From Gaiellales bacterium (lineage in GTDB: Bacteria > Actinomycetota > Thermoleophilia > Gaiellales > Gaiellaceae): a stretch of DNA of 64,000 nt. The stretch is taken from assembly GCA_038214705.1 (NCBI GenBank), contig JBBQRN010000003.1, positions 99,853 to 163,852 on the forward strand, in the 5' to 3' direction. The notes under the pieces were generated by a model. It searched no databases, was not told where the DNA came from, and was given only the letters and a program-made list of their open reading frames with translations. Shown in pieces: positions 38,159 to 48,252 of the stretch. Each line of letters opens with the position of its first letter. Within the stretch, counting starts at the first letter, position 1. The position numbers and the translations under genes are program-made.

Positions 38159-39301
38159 ATGGACTTCGAGCTCACCGACACGCAGCGGGAGATCCAGGCG
38201 CTGGCGCGTGAGTTCGCCCGGATCGAGATCGCGCCCCACGCGGCATCGTGGGATCGGGAGAAGCGGTTTCCCCTGGAGGTCGTCGGGAAGCTTGCCGAGC
38301 TCGGGATGCTGGCCGTCTGCGTTCCCGAGGAGTTCGGCGGCGCGGGCGGGGACTTCGTCTCCTACATGCTCGTGCTCGAGGAGCTCGCCCGGGCCGACGC
38401 CGGTGTTGCCGTGACGATCGCCGTCCATACGTCGGCGGTGATCCTGCCGCTCCTCGAGTTCGGGACGGACGCGCAGCGGGAGCAATTCGTCCCGGCTCTT
38501 GCGCAAGGCGAGCTGATCGGGTCGTTCGCCCTGACCGAGCCGGGCGCGGGCTCCGATGCAGGCGCGATCGTCTCCCGAGCCGACCGGGCATCCGACGGCC
38601 GCTGGCACGTCAGTGGGGCAAAGCAGTGGGTCACAAACGGCGGCTACGCGGGCACCTACCTCGTGTTCGCCCGCACCGGATTACCAGAGGCCCGGGCCGG
38701 TGGCATCTCTGCGTTCATCCTCGACCGCGACCACGTGCACGTCACGCGAGAGGAAGAGAAGCTCGGGCTCAACTCGTCGTCGACCGCGGATCTCGCGATC
38801 GATGCCACGATCGGTCAGGACCGCCTCCTCGGAGAGCTCGACCGGGGCTTCGGTATCGCGATGGCCACGCTCGACGGCGGCCGAATCGGGATCGCGGCGC
38901 AGGCGATCGGAATCGCCCAGGCCGCCTACGACGTGGCTCTCGCCTACGCGAAGGAGCGCACCGCGTTCGGGCAGCCGATCGGGACATTCCAGGCAATCCA
39001 GCACAAGCTCGCGAACATGTCGATGGAGATCGACGCGGCGAGGCTTCTGATGCTTCGCGCGGCATGGCTGAAGGATCAGGGACGGCCGGTCGGCGAGGCG
39101 GGCGCGAAGGCGAAGCTCTACGCGTCGGAGCTTGCGCGGCGACAGACCGGCGAGGCAATCCAGATCCTCGGTGGCTACGGCTACACGAAGGAGTTTCCGC
39201 TCGAGCGCTACTACCGCGACGCCAAGGTCACCGAGATCTACGAGGGGACGAGCGAGATCCAGAGGCTCGTGATCGCTCGCAGCATCCTCGGCGACGCGTA
39301 G
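38159..39301 (+). CDS. Acyl-CoA dehydrogenase
   Basis: FALTEPGAGSDA, GAKQWVTNG, GRIGIAAQ, FQAIQHKLA, IYEGTSEIQR. Confidence 0.95.
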   Translation: MDFELTDTQREIQALAREFARIEIAPHAASWDREKRFPLEVVGKLAELGMLAVCVPEEFGGAGGDFVSYMLVLEELARADAGVAVTIAVHTSAVILPLLEFGTDAQREQFVPALAQGELIGSFALTEPGAGSDAGAIVSRADRASDGRWHVSGAKQWVTNGGYAGTYLVFARTGLPEARAGGISAFILDRDHVHVTREEEKLGLNSSSTADLAIDATIGQDRLLGELDRGFGIAMATLDGGRIGIAAQAIGIAQAAYDVALAYAKERTAFGQPIGTFQAIQHKLANMSMEIDAARLLMLRAAWLKDQGRPVGEAGAKAKLYASELARRQTGEAIQILGGYGYTKEFPLERYYRDAKVTEIYEGTSEIQRLVIARSILGDA

Positions 39302-39392
39302 TCGTCGAGAGGCATGCGAATTGGCGATACATTTCGGTGCCGGACAATCCGCCGCCCAATTCGGTGCGGCTATCCAACCGAGGAGAGAAATC

Positions 39393-39587
39393 ATGGCACG
39401 TAAGACCGTTCTGGTTTGCGACAACTGTGGCGTCGAGGTAGAGGATGGTCGCGGCGCAACGATGCGGATCACGTTCACCGACGCGCGGCGCGGAGCGAAG
39501 GCTGCCGATCTGTGCGACGGCTGCGCCGGCACGATGCCCGGCAACGCGGTCGCGCGGCGCGGGCGCAAGCCGAAGTCTGCCGCCTGA
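39393..39587 (+). CDS. 64-aa Zn-ribbon protein with RGRKP tail (Lsr2-like)
   Basis: AGGAGAG RBS; MARKTVLVCDNCG..DLCDGC..RRGRKPK. Confidence 0.75.
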   Translation: MARKTVLVCDNCGVEVEDGRGATMRITFTDARRGAKAADLCDGCAGTMPGNAVARRGRKPKSAA

Positions 39588-39664
39588 GCCGCGCTCCCCG
39601 CACTTTGCGGCTTCGCGAGGCCGCGTAAGAGAGCTCTGGCAAAGCCCCTGACTACGATGGATCG

Positions 39665-42559
39665 ATGGGTCTCTCGCTTGTCGTCGGGCCGGCGCATGCC
39701 GGCAAGGTCGCGCTCCTGCTCGATCGCTTCGTCGAGGCGATCGACCGCGATCCCTGGCTGATCGTCCCGAATCGGGTCGACGTCGACCGGGTGGAGCGCG
39801 AGCTCGCGGCACGCCGTGGGGCGCTGCTCGCCGGGACGGTTGGCACCTTCGACACGCTCTTCGAGCACCTCGCCGGCAGCGGGCCCGGGCCGAGGACGCT
39901 CGGAGACGCCGAGCGAAGCATCGTGGTGAGACGCCTCGTCCGCGAGAGCGATCCCGAAGCGCTCGGTCCGTCGTCCCGGTTTACCGGGTTCACGGATGCG
40001 CTTGGTGCCACCCTCACCGAGATCGAGGCCAGTCTTCTCGACCCGGGCGACCTGGGGCCCGATCTCGCCGGCCTCGCCGCCGCATATCGCAGCGAGCTGT
40101 CGCGGCTCGGAGTCCGCGACCGCGGCATGGTGCGGCGGCAGGCGGTCGAGCGGCTGACGTCCGAGCTCGACGCCTGGAACGGCGCGCCGGTGCTCGCCTA
40201 CGGGTTCGAGGATCTGACCGGGGCCGAATGGCGCCTGATCGAGGCGCTCGCCGCCAGGGGAGAGGTGCACGTCTCGCTGCCCTACGAGCCGGCGCGTGCC
40301 GTCTTTGCCTCGCTCTCGCGCACCGTCACCGATCTGGGGGCGCTTGCCGGAGGGTCGATTGTCGAGCTTCCGCCCGCCGCCGAGACGTATCTGCCTCCCG
40401 GGCTCGCTCACGTCGAGCGTCACCTGTTCGAAGACGGCGCCGCTTCGCGCGAGATCGACGGCTCGATCCGCTTCCTCGAGGGGGCCGGACGGCGGGCGAC
40501 GCTCGAGCTCGTTGCCGAAACCGTCCTCGACCTCGTCCGCGGCGGCGTCGAGCCAGAGCAGATCGCCGTCGTCTGCCCCTCGCTCGAACGGCTGCGGGCA
40601 CCGATCGAGACGGCGTTCGGGTCGCTCGGGGTGCCGGTGGCGATCGAGCTGCGGCCGCGCCTCGGGGCTACGGCCTTCGGTCAGGCGCTCCTCTCGCTGC
40701 TCCGCTTCGTCTGGCATGACGGGACGCGGCGCGAGCTCTACTCGTTCCTCCGCACGCCTTACTCGGGGCTCGCGCGAGCGGACGTGGACTTCCTCGAAGG
40801 GCGGCTCCGCGGCAGGGCAGTGCTGCGCGGCGAGCGGACCCTGGAGGAGACGACCAGGCTTCGCAACGGACGCCCCCTGCCGCTGCTCGACGATCTGATC
40901 GCCGCCGCCGACCCCGTCGAGGCGGTGAAGCAGGTCGTCACCGTGATGCTGCGAAACGCCTACGGCCTCGGGTCGCCGCCCTCGACCAATCGCGCCAAGC
41001 GCGATCTGCGTGCCGCAGACGCTGCGGGAGGCATCCTGGGGGAGCTGGGGCGGCTTCGGTCGACGGGTCACGCGATCGTCGCGGACGACATTCTCGCTGC
41101 ACTCGACCGGGCTACGGTGCGGGGGGACGCGGCCGGAGAACCCGGTCGCGTGGCGGTGCTCGACCTCGCCCGCGCCCGCACGCGGAGCTTCGACGTCGTC
41201 TTCCTGATCGGCCTCGAGCAGGGCTCGCTTCCGCGCCGCGCCGCGCCGTCACCGTTCTTCGACGAGGACACGCGCCGCGAGCTCGACACCGCCCGTGGCG
41301 CGCGCCTGCAGCGACCCGACGCGGCCAGCCGCGACCGCTACCTCTTCTACACCGCGTGCACGCGGCCCCGCAAGCTGCTCACGCTCGTTCGGGAGGCGGC
41401 AACCGACGACGGCTCGCCACGCGAGGCGAGCCCGTTCTGGGAGGCGGTGCGCGCCCTCTTCGATGAGGAACGCGTGCGTCGCCACACGATCCGTAGGCCA
41501 CTCGCGAGGCTCACCTGGCCGATCGAGTCGGCCCCGACCGAGCGGGAGCGCCTGCGGGCCCTCGCGCGCCTCGCTGCGGACGAGCCGGGAGAGGCAGAGG
41601 CGCTCGCGTTCGCGAACGGCTGGCAGCGCAAGCTCGGACGCGCCCGGCGGGCGTTCTCGCGACCGACCATGCTTCGACATCCGCGCGCGATCGCCCTGCT
41701 CGGCAGCCGCGAGACCTTCAGGGTGACCGACCTCGAGCGAATGGCCGGCTGCTCGTCCGCCTGGTTCATCGAGCGCTACCTCCGTCCCGGCGAGATCGAT
41801 CAGGCGATCGATGCCCGCATGCGCGGGTCGATCGCCCACGTGGCGTTGCAACGCTTCTACAGCCAGTTGCCGTCCGCGATCCCCGGCGCCGAGAGGGTAG
41901 AGGCGAGGAACGTCGAGACCGCCGTGGAGCTGATGCACCGCTGCGTTGACGGCGCGCTCGACTCGGGGCTGCGGATCGACGTCAACGACCTCCAGCGGCG
42001 TGAGCTCGGCCAGGGCCTCCGGCGCGATCTCGAGCAGCTCGTGCGCGCCGAAGCCGAGGCGAGCTCGACCTTCGTGCCCCGGCAGCTCGAGGTCTCGTTC
42101 AAGGGTTACGAGCTGGCGCCGGGAGTGGCCGTCAGCGGCAAGATCGACCGGGTTGACGCCGATCCGCTCAGCGCTCGCGGCATCGTGGTCGACTACAAGT
42201 CGGGCGCCGCGCCTTCGGCCACGCAGATCCACGACGAGGTACGCCTGCAGATCCCGCTCTACCTGCTCATCCTCCGCGACCAGCTCGGGCTCGAGCCGAT
42301 GGGCGGCGTCTACATGCCGCTCGGAGGAGGCCGGAGGGCCCGCGGTCTGCTGCGGGCCGGCGACGATCAGGTGCCGGGCTTCAATTCGACCGACTATCTG
42401 GAAGGCACCGAGTTCGAAGGGGAGATCGAGTACGCCCGCGATGCGGCGGTGACCCTGGCGGAGCGGATTCGGCTCGGAGATGTCCTGCACGACCCGCGCG
42501 GCGGAGAGTGCCCCGGCTGGTGCGACCTCTGGCGCATGTGCCGGAAGGAGCGGGCGTGA
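39665..42559 (+). CDS. addB: AddB-like subunit (inactive helicase plus PD-(D/E)XK nuclease)
   Basis: Degenerate Walker A GPAHAGKV; GKIDRVD..DYKSG..QIPLY; Fe-S Cys pattern; precedes addA. Confidence 0.85.
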   Translation: MGLSLVVGPAHAGKVALLLDRFVEAIDRDPWLIVPNRVDVDRVERELAARRGALLAGTVGTFDTLFEHLAGSGPGPRTLGDAERSIVVRRLVRESDPEALGPSSRFTGFTDALGATLTEIEASLLDPGDLGPDLAGLAAAYRSELSRLGVRDRGMVRRQAVERLTSELDAWNGAPVLAYGFEDLTGAEWRLIEALAARGEVHVSLPYEPARAVFASLSRTVTDLGALAGGSIVELPPAAETYLPPGLAHVERHLFEDGAASREIDGSIRFLEGAGRRATLELVAETVLDLVRGGVEPEQIAVVCPSLERLRAPIETAFGSLGVPVAIELRPRLGATAFGQALLSLLRFVWHDGTRRELYSFLRTPYSGLARADVDFLEGRLRGRAVLRGERTLEETTRLRNGRPLPLLDDLIAAADPVEAVKQVVTVMLRNAYGLGSPPSTNRAKRDLRAADAAGGILGELGRLRSTGHAIVADDILAALDRATVRGDAAGEPGRVAVLDLARARTRSFDVVFLIGLEQGSLPRRAAPSPFFDEDTRRELDTARGARLQRPDAASRDRYLFYTACTRPRKLLTLVREAATDDGSPREASPFWEAVRALFDEERVRRHTIRRPLARLTWPIESAPTERERLRALARLAADEPGEAEALAFANGWQRKLGRARRAFSRPTMLRHPRAIALLGSRETFRVTDLERMAGCSSAWFIERYLRPGEIDQAIDARMRGSIAHVALQRFYSQLPSAIPGAERVEARNVETAVELMHRCVDGALDSGLRIDVNDLQRRELGQGLRRDLEQLVRAEAEASSTFVPRQLEVSFKGYELAPGVAVSGKIDRVDADPLSARGIVVDYKSGAAPSATQIHDEVRLQIPLYLLILRDQLGLEPMGGVYMPLGGGRRARGLLRAGDDQVPGFNSTDYLEGTEFEGEIEYARDAAVTLAERIRLGDVLHDPRGGECPGWCDLWRMCRKERA

Positions 42560-42589
42560 GGCGCCGTCAGCGAGTGGGGGGCCGCGTGG

Positions 42590-42680
42590 CCACTGACTTC
42601 GGTCAGGCACCCGGCTTCCGTCACCCGGACGACCGACTGAAGTCGGTCGCGTCGGCGCGGCGACCGCACGGCTTCAGCTC
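42590..42680. repeat. Cluster of CGACCGACTGAAGTCGGTCG-family palindromes in the addB-addA spacer
   Basis: Near-perfect copy at 42630-42649 plus two degenerate copies. Confidence 0.75.
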
Positions 42681-42701
42681 GTCACCGGGGTCGGCGACCC
42701 G

Positions 42702-45700
42702 ATGAGCAACGCACCCAACCCCCAGCAGCTCGCCGCGATCGAGTCCCGCGGGTCGACGTTCGTCTCCGCCGGCGCCGGCACCGGCAAGACGACCGTCCTC
42801 GTCGAGCGCTTCGCCCGCGCGGTCGTCACCGACGGCCTCGACGTCGACTCGTTGCTCGTGATCACCTACACCGATCGCGCCGCCGGTGAGCTGCGCGCCC
42901 GGATCCGGGCGCGCCTCGTCGAGCTCGAGCGCCCCGACCTGGCGCGAGACCTCGACGGCGCCTGGATCTCCACGATCCACGGCTTCTGCCGCCGCCTACT
43001 GACGGCGTATCCACTTGCGGCCGGGGTCGACCCACGCTTCAGGGTTCTCGACGAGGCGCAGGCGAGGGTGCTCCAGGGAGAGGCGTTCAACGTTGCCCTC
43101 GAGCAGTTCTGCGCCGCAGACGAGCCCGACCGCTGGCAGCTGCTCGCGACCTACAAGGCGAGCGGACTTCGCGCCATGCTCGTGAGCGTCTACGACACGC
43201 TCCGCTCTGCGGGACGGGAGCTCGTCCTCGAGCCTGGTGCGCGCGCCAGCCTCGAAGACGGAATCGACGAGCTGCTCGCGGAGGCGACTTCCCTGGCTTC
43301 CGACCCGGCCGCGACCGACCTTCAGTGTGTGGCCGCTCGCGAGGTGCTCGACCTGCTCGAGACGACGCGCCTGCCGGAGCGCCTGCTCGAAATCGAGTCC
43401 CCACTCGCGCGCGGAGCACGGGCGGCGGCCTTCACCGAGACCCGCAAGGCCGTCAAGGCGCTCGCCCTGGAGGAGTTGGCCGCGCGTGATCGGGAGCTGC
43501 TGCAGGAGCTCCTCACCGGTTACGCGGCCTCATACGCGTCCACGAAGGATCGTGAGTCGGCGCTCGACTTCGAGGATCTGCAGCTCCGGGCCCGCGACCT
43601 TCTGCGAGACGACAACGAGATCCGCGAGCGCGAGCAGCTGCGCTTCCGCTCGATCATGGTGGACGAGTTCCAGGACACGAACCGGCTCCAGACCGATCTG
43701 ATCGATCTGCTCTGCGAGGGTGGGGCGAAGGAGCTGTTCTTCGTCGGCGACGAGTTCCAGTCGATCTACGGCTTCCGCCACGCCGACGTCGCGGTCTTCC
43801 GCGACCGCCGTGACGCGGCTCCGCGGGTCTTGCCGCTGAACCTCAACTACCGCTCTCGGCCCGAGGTGCTGGCCGCCGTCAACGAGCTCTTCGCCGAGGA
43901 GTTCGGTGGCAGCTTCCAGCCACTCGTGCCCGCCGCAGGCTACGGAGACCCCGTCTTCGGAACGCCCTTCGAGCTGCTCGTCACCGACAAGGCGAGCTAT
44001 GCCGGAACCGGCGTCAACTGGCGTCGCGCGGAGGCACGGCACGTCGCGCGCAGGGTGCGCGAGCTCGTCGATCTGGGGGTGGCGACGCCGGGCGAGATCG
44101 TGCTGCTCTTCGCGGCCGGTACGGACGCGGAATGGTTCGAGGAGGAGCTCCGGCTGCTCGACCTGCCGACGATCCGGATGACAGGTCGCCGGTACTTCGG
44201 CCAACAGCAAGTCGTCGACCTGCTCTCGTACCTGAGGCTGCTCCAGAATCGCTACGACGACGAGGCGCTGCTCACCGTGCTCGCCTCGCCGTTTGTCGGC
44301 GTCTCGAACGACGCTCTCGTCCTGATTCGCTCGACGGCCGAGCGGCGGCCGATCTTCAAGGGAATCGAGCGCTCGCTCCCGGGCGATCTCCTCGAGGATG
44401 ACCGCAGGCTCGTGCTGGCGTTTCTGCAGCGCTACGAGCGGCTTGTCGAGAGCTCGACTCGACTGTCGCTCGAGCTGCTGTGCGAACGGATCCTCGTCGA
44501 GCACGACTACGACCTGGCCGTGCTCGCGCGCCGAGACGGCCGCCGCCGCTACGCGAACCTGCGGAAGCTCGCGCGACTGGCTCGCTCCTTCGAGGAGATC
44601 CGCGGGCCGGACATCGAAGGCTTCATCCGCTTCGTCGCCGAGCAGGAGGCGTCCGGCGCACGCGAGCTCGATGCCGTCTCGGAGGAGGAGGGCGCCGATG
44701 CGGTGCGGTTGCTCACGATCCACACCGCCAAAGGGCTCGAGTTCAAAGTCGTCGTCGTTGCCGATGCCGGCCGCGAGCGCAACCGGCCCGACGAGATCCT
44801 TGCTCTTTCGGACGGCCGATTCGGGTTCAAGGTCGCCCATCCGAGCACCGGCACGCGCGTCGGCACGACCTCGTATCAGGGCGTCAAGGAGACGCGCGAG
44901 CGGGAAGAGGAGGCCGAGCGCCTGCGGCTCTATTACGTCGCGATGACGAGGGCGATGGAGCGGCTGATCGTTTCGGGGTCGGTCGACCGGTCGAGCAGCC
45001 GCGGCGAGCGGACGCCGATCGGCTGGGTGCTCGACCGCCTTCGGCTCGGAGAGGAGCTCGACCGGACCGACGTCACCGGGCCTGTCGAGGTCGAGCGCGG
45101 CAAGGCGGGTGTGGTGTTGCGGATCGACCGTCTCGCTCCTGCGCAGGCTGCGCTCGAGGTGCCTGGAGCCGAGCCGGAGGCCGGTACCGACGAGGAGGGC
45201 CAGCTCATGCTGTTCGAGGGAGCGGGGGAGGAGATTCCCGGTGCCGCGCCGCGCCTGCGAGAGCTCGCCACGATCCCGGTGCCGCCCGTCGCCCGTCTGG
45301 CCCGTCTTTCATATAGCGCGATCGCTCTCTACGATCGTTGCGGTTACCGCTACTACGCCGAGCGCATTGTCGGCATGCGTCCCGCGCCGTGGGAAGACGC
45401 CGAGCAGGTCGGAGAGCCCGGCGACCGACTTCAGTCGGTCGCCGGGCCCAGCCTCCACCCGACCGAGGTCGGCGACGCCGTGCACCGCCTGCTCGAGCTC
45501 GTCGACCTCGCAGCGCCCTTGGCCCCCGTCGAGGCCGAGCTCGCGGCGAGGGTACGGGCCTGGTACCCGAACGTGACCGACGAGGAGATCGAGCGGATCG
45601 CGGCGTTCGTGTGCTCGTACACGGGCTCCTCCCTGGCCGCGCGGATCGCCGACCTCGCTGGAGCCCGCCCCGAGCGTCCGTTCGCGTTCGAGCTCGACGG

Positions 45701-46127
45701 CGTGCTCGTCAACGGGCGGCTCGACGTCCTCTGGCACGACGGCGGGCGGGCACTCGTGCTCGACTACAAGACCAATGCCCTCGCCGGCCGCGATCCGGCC
45801 GAGATCGTCGCCGCCGAGTACGCGACGCAGCAGACGGTGTACGCGATCGCCTGCCTTCGCGCTGGGGCCCGCGAGGTGGAGGTCGTCTACCACTTCCTCG
45901 AGACTCCGGACGCCGTCGTCTCGACGATGTTCACGGTCGCCGACGCTGAGAGCCTGGAGGCTGCGGTCTCAGCGTCGATCGCTCGCATCCGCAGCGCGGA
46001 GTTCCGGCCGACGCCGAGCGCGTTCGCCTGTTCCGGCTGCCCTGCTCTCGACGTCGTCTGTGCCGGGCCCCGGCTCGGCGGCGGCCCGCACGACTCCGAG
46101 CCCGAGTTCGCGGCCGTGGAGTCCTGA
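42702..46127 (+). CDS. addA: AddA-like UvrD helicase-nuclease
   Basis: SAGAGTGKT, VDEFQDTN, VGDEFQSIYGFR, TIHTAKGLEF, YVAMTRA; GRLD..DYKT nuclease. Confidence 0.9.
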   Translation: MSNAPNPQQLAAIESRGSTFVSAGAGTGKTTVLVERFARAVVTDGLDVDSLLVITYTDRAAGELRARIRARLVELERPDLARDLDGAWISTIHGFCRRLLTAYPLAAGVDPRFRVLDEAQARVLQGEAFNVALEQFCAADEPDRWQLLATYKASGLRAMLVSVYDTLRSAGRELVLEPGARASLEDGIDELLAEATSLASDPAATDLQCVAAREVLDLLETTRLPERLLEIESPLARGARAAAFTETRKAVKALALEELAARDRELLQELLTGYAASYASTKDRESALDFEDLQLRARDLLRDDNEIREREQLRFRSIMVDEFQDTNRLQTDLIDLLCEGGAKELFFVGDEFQSIYGFRHADVAVFRDRRDAAPRVLPLNLNYRSRPEVLAAVNELFAEEFGGSFQPLVPAAGYGDPVFGTPFELLVTDKASYAGTGVNWRRAEARHVARRVRELVDLGVATPGEIVLLFAAGTDAEWFEEELRLLDLPTIRMTGRRYFGQQQVVDLLSYLRLLQNRYDDEALLTVLASPFVGVSNDALVLIRSTAERRPIFKGIERSLPGDLLEDDRRLVLAFLQRYERLVESSTRLSLELLCERILVEHDYDLAVLARRDGRRRYANLRKLARLARSFEEIRGPDIEGFIRFVAEQEASGARELDAVSEEEGADAVRLLTIHTAKGLEFKVVVVADAGRERNRPDEILALSDGRFGFKVAHPSTGTRVGTTSYQGVKETREREEEAERLRLYYVAMTRAMERLIVSGSVDRSSSRGERTPIGWVLDRLRLGEELDRTDVTGPVEVERGKAGVVLRIDRLAPAQAALEVPGAEPEAGTDEEGQLMLFEGAGEEIPGAAPRLRELATIPVPPVARLARLSYSAIALYDRCGYRYYAERIVGMRPAPWEDAEQVGEPGDRLQSVAGPSLHPTEVGDAVHRLLELVDLAAPLAPVEAELAARVRAWYPNVTDEEIERIAAFVCSYTGSSLAARIADLAGARPERPFAFELDGVLVNGRLDVLWHDGGRALVLDYKTNALAGRDPAEIVAAEYATQQTVYAIACLRAGAREVEVVYHFLETPDAVVSTMFTVADAESLEAAVSASIARIRSAEFRPTPSAFACSGCPALDVVCAGPRLGGGPHDSEPEFAAVES
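45416..45447. repeat. Palindrome-family copy in frame inside addA
   Basis: 14-bp stem GCCCGGCGACCGAC, TTCA loop, GTCGGTCGCCGGGC; encodes PGDRLQSVAG. Confidence 0.85.
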
Positions 46128-46813
46128 TGGCGGCGCGGAGCTTCGTCTCGGAGGCGCGGCGGCGCGGCCTCGGCACGAGGCGGGAGCGGATCGGCCCGAT
46201 CGTCGAGCGGCTCGTCCAGGAGCACGGCGACGCCGAGATCGCGCTGCACTTCGGGAGCGATGTCGAGCTCCTGATCTCAGTGATGCTCTCCGCCCAGACG
46301 ACCGACGTGAACGTGAACCGCGTCACCGAAAGGCTCTTCGTCAAGTACCGACGCCCCGAGGACTACCTGGCGGTGCCGCAGGAGGAGCTCGAGCAGGACG
46401 TGTTCCAGACGGGCTTCTACCGCCAGAAGACGAAGTCGATCCGCGGAGCGATGCGCGTTCTGCTGGAGGAATTCGATGGGGTCGTGCCGCGCACGATCCC
46501 GGAGCTGCTGCGGCTGCCCGGCGTCGCGCGCAAGACCGCGAACGTCGTCGCTGCCGAGCTGGGGGAGGTGCAGGGAGTCGTCGTGGATACCCACGTGCGC
46601 CGCATCTCACAGAGGCTCGGACTGACGCGAGCGGAGGATCCGGTCAAGATTGAGCGCGATCTCGTCAAGCTCGTGCCTCGGGCCGACTGGCACCGATTTC
46701 CGCACCTCGTGATCTGGCACGGACGCCGGGTGTGCGACGCGCGAAAGCCGCGGTGCGTGGAGTGCGTGCTGGCAGATCTGTGCCCGGCGAGCCGCCTTCC
46801 TGCTACGGCCTGA
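46127..46813 (+). CDS. nth: Endonuclease III
   Basis: LSAQTTD, HhH LPGVARKTANVV, VDTHV, C-x6-C-x2-C-x5-C. Confidence 0.96.
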   Translation: MAARSFVSEARRRGLGTRRERIGPIVERLVQEHGDAEIALHFGSDVELLISVMLSAQTTDVNVNRVTERLFVKYRRPEDYLAVPQEELEQDVFQTGFYRQKTKSIRGAMRVLLEEFDGVVPRTIPELLRLPGVARKTANVVAAELGEVQGVVVDTHVRRISQRLGLTRAEDPVKIERDLVKLVPRADWHRFPHLVIWHGRRVCDARKPRCVECVLADLCPASRLPATA

Positions 46814-48179
46814 CCCAGTGCTGGAGCCGGAGGCCGTTGCCGTAGCGGAACTGGCGTAGCAGTGCATAGCGCGGGGTCGGAACCGAGGGTCGCGCCAGGT
46901 CGACGGCGGCTGTCGGATCGGCCGCAACCACCACGACCCAGGCGCCGCCACCGCGGGCAAAGCGGAGCACAGGCACGGACGGGGCGTAGTAGCGGAATGC
47001 CGACCGGCCGCGCTCGGGGACGACCACGACCGTCTCCGTAGGCCCCTTGACCCGCGCCACCGCGGTCGCGAGCGCGCGCCAATCCTCGTTCGCCGGCGCC
47101 AGAAGCTGCACAATGACTGTGACGAGGCCCGCAACCGCCAGAGCCGCGAGTCCCGCGCCGACCAGAACGCGATCACGGGAGAGCAGAAGCACCGTTGCGC
47201 CGGTCGCCAGGGCGACTCCCGGGGCGCAGAGGACGAGCGCGCCGGGGAAGACCTCGACCGCCAGGGCGGCCAGGATCGTCGTGGCGACCGGCGCCAGCAA
47301 CAGGCCACAGACGAGAACCGCCTGCCAGGGGCCTTGCTCCGAGCGAGCGAGAAAAAGCGCAACAACCCCGGCGATAGCCCCGATCACGAGGACGGGATTC
47401 CAGCCCACGGCCGCGGCGAGCCCACGGGCGAGCCTCTCGAGGTCGAGCGGACCGGCAGCCGCGGGAGCGTCGAACCGGTCGGCGGCCATCCAGGTGAGGA
47501 GGAGCCCCGCCGCGACGGTCGCTGAGAGCAGGGCGACGCCGGCGCGACGGAGCGCTGCGCGATCCCGCCGGGCGATCAACCCGGCGCCGTGGGCTGCGAG
47601 CACGGATGCCGCCAGCGGGTGCGTGAGGGGCAGGAGCGCGGCCACGAGGGCGTAGGGGAGCCAGCGCCAGCCACCGCCGCGCTCGAGCGCGGACACGAGC
47701 AGGAGGCTTGCGAGGACTATCCCGAGTAGGCCGAAGGCATAGGGTCGCGCCTCGCGGCTGGCCTCGACGACACCGGCGTTGCCAGCCAGAGCAATCCCGG
47801 CCACGAGCCCGGGCAGTCGCCCGAGCAGAAGCGTCCCGACGATCACGATCAGTCCGGCGGCGAGCGCGACGGCAACGACGGACGGGGCCCGAAGCGACCA
47901 CTCGTCCGTGCCGATCCGTCGGGCCAGCCGGAGCACGAGCAACTGGCCCGCCTGGCTCGGGTCGTGGCGGACGAGTGACGAGAGGAACGCCCGTAGCGGC
48001 CCGTCTGTCTTGCTCAGCGACGTTGCCTCGGCGGCTGTGAGTGAGCGATGGCCGACCGCGACGGCGCCGAGACAGGCCGAGAGGAGCGCCACGCCCACGG
48101 GCGCAAAGGCCCAGGCGAGCGTTGTGATCGTGCGATTCGGGTCGGCCGGGACGGAAGGGGTGGCGATGCCCTCGGTCAC
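46803..48179 (-). CDS. Membrane glycosyltransferase-like protein (GT-C/PMT-like)
   Basis: DEWSLRAPS, EARPYA, about 11 TM, short C-terminal soluble domain. Confidence 0.6.
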   Translation of the reverse strand: MTEGIATPSVPADPNRTITTLAWAFAPVGVALLSACLGAVAVGHRSLTAAEATSLSKTDGPLRAFLSSLVRHDPSQAGQLLVLRLARRIGTDEWSLRAPSVVAVALAAGLIVIVGTLLLGRLPGLVAGIALAGNAGVVEASREARPYAFGLLGIVLASLLLVSALERGGGWRWLPYALVAALLPLTHPLAASVLAAHGAGLIARRDRAALRRAGVALLSATVAAGLLLTWMAADRFDAPAAAGPLDLERLARGLAAAVGWNPVLVIGAIAGVVALFLARSEQGPWQAVLVCGLLLAPVATTILAALAVEVFPGALVLCAPGVALATGATVLLLSRDRVLVGAGLAALAVAGLVTVIVQLLAPANEDWRALATAVARVKGPTETVVVVPERGRSAFRYYAPSVPVLRFARGGGAWVVVVAADPTAAVDLARPSVPTPRYALLRQFRYGNGLRLQHWVRP

Positions 48180-48252
48180 GCTGCGAGGCTACACGCGGCT
48201 CCGGGCAGCAGTCACCCGCCGGGTGGCAGGCAAATCAGGGCCGACGCGCGGG

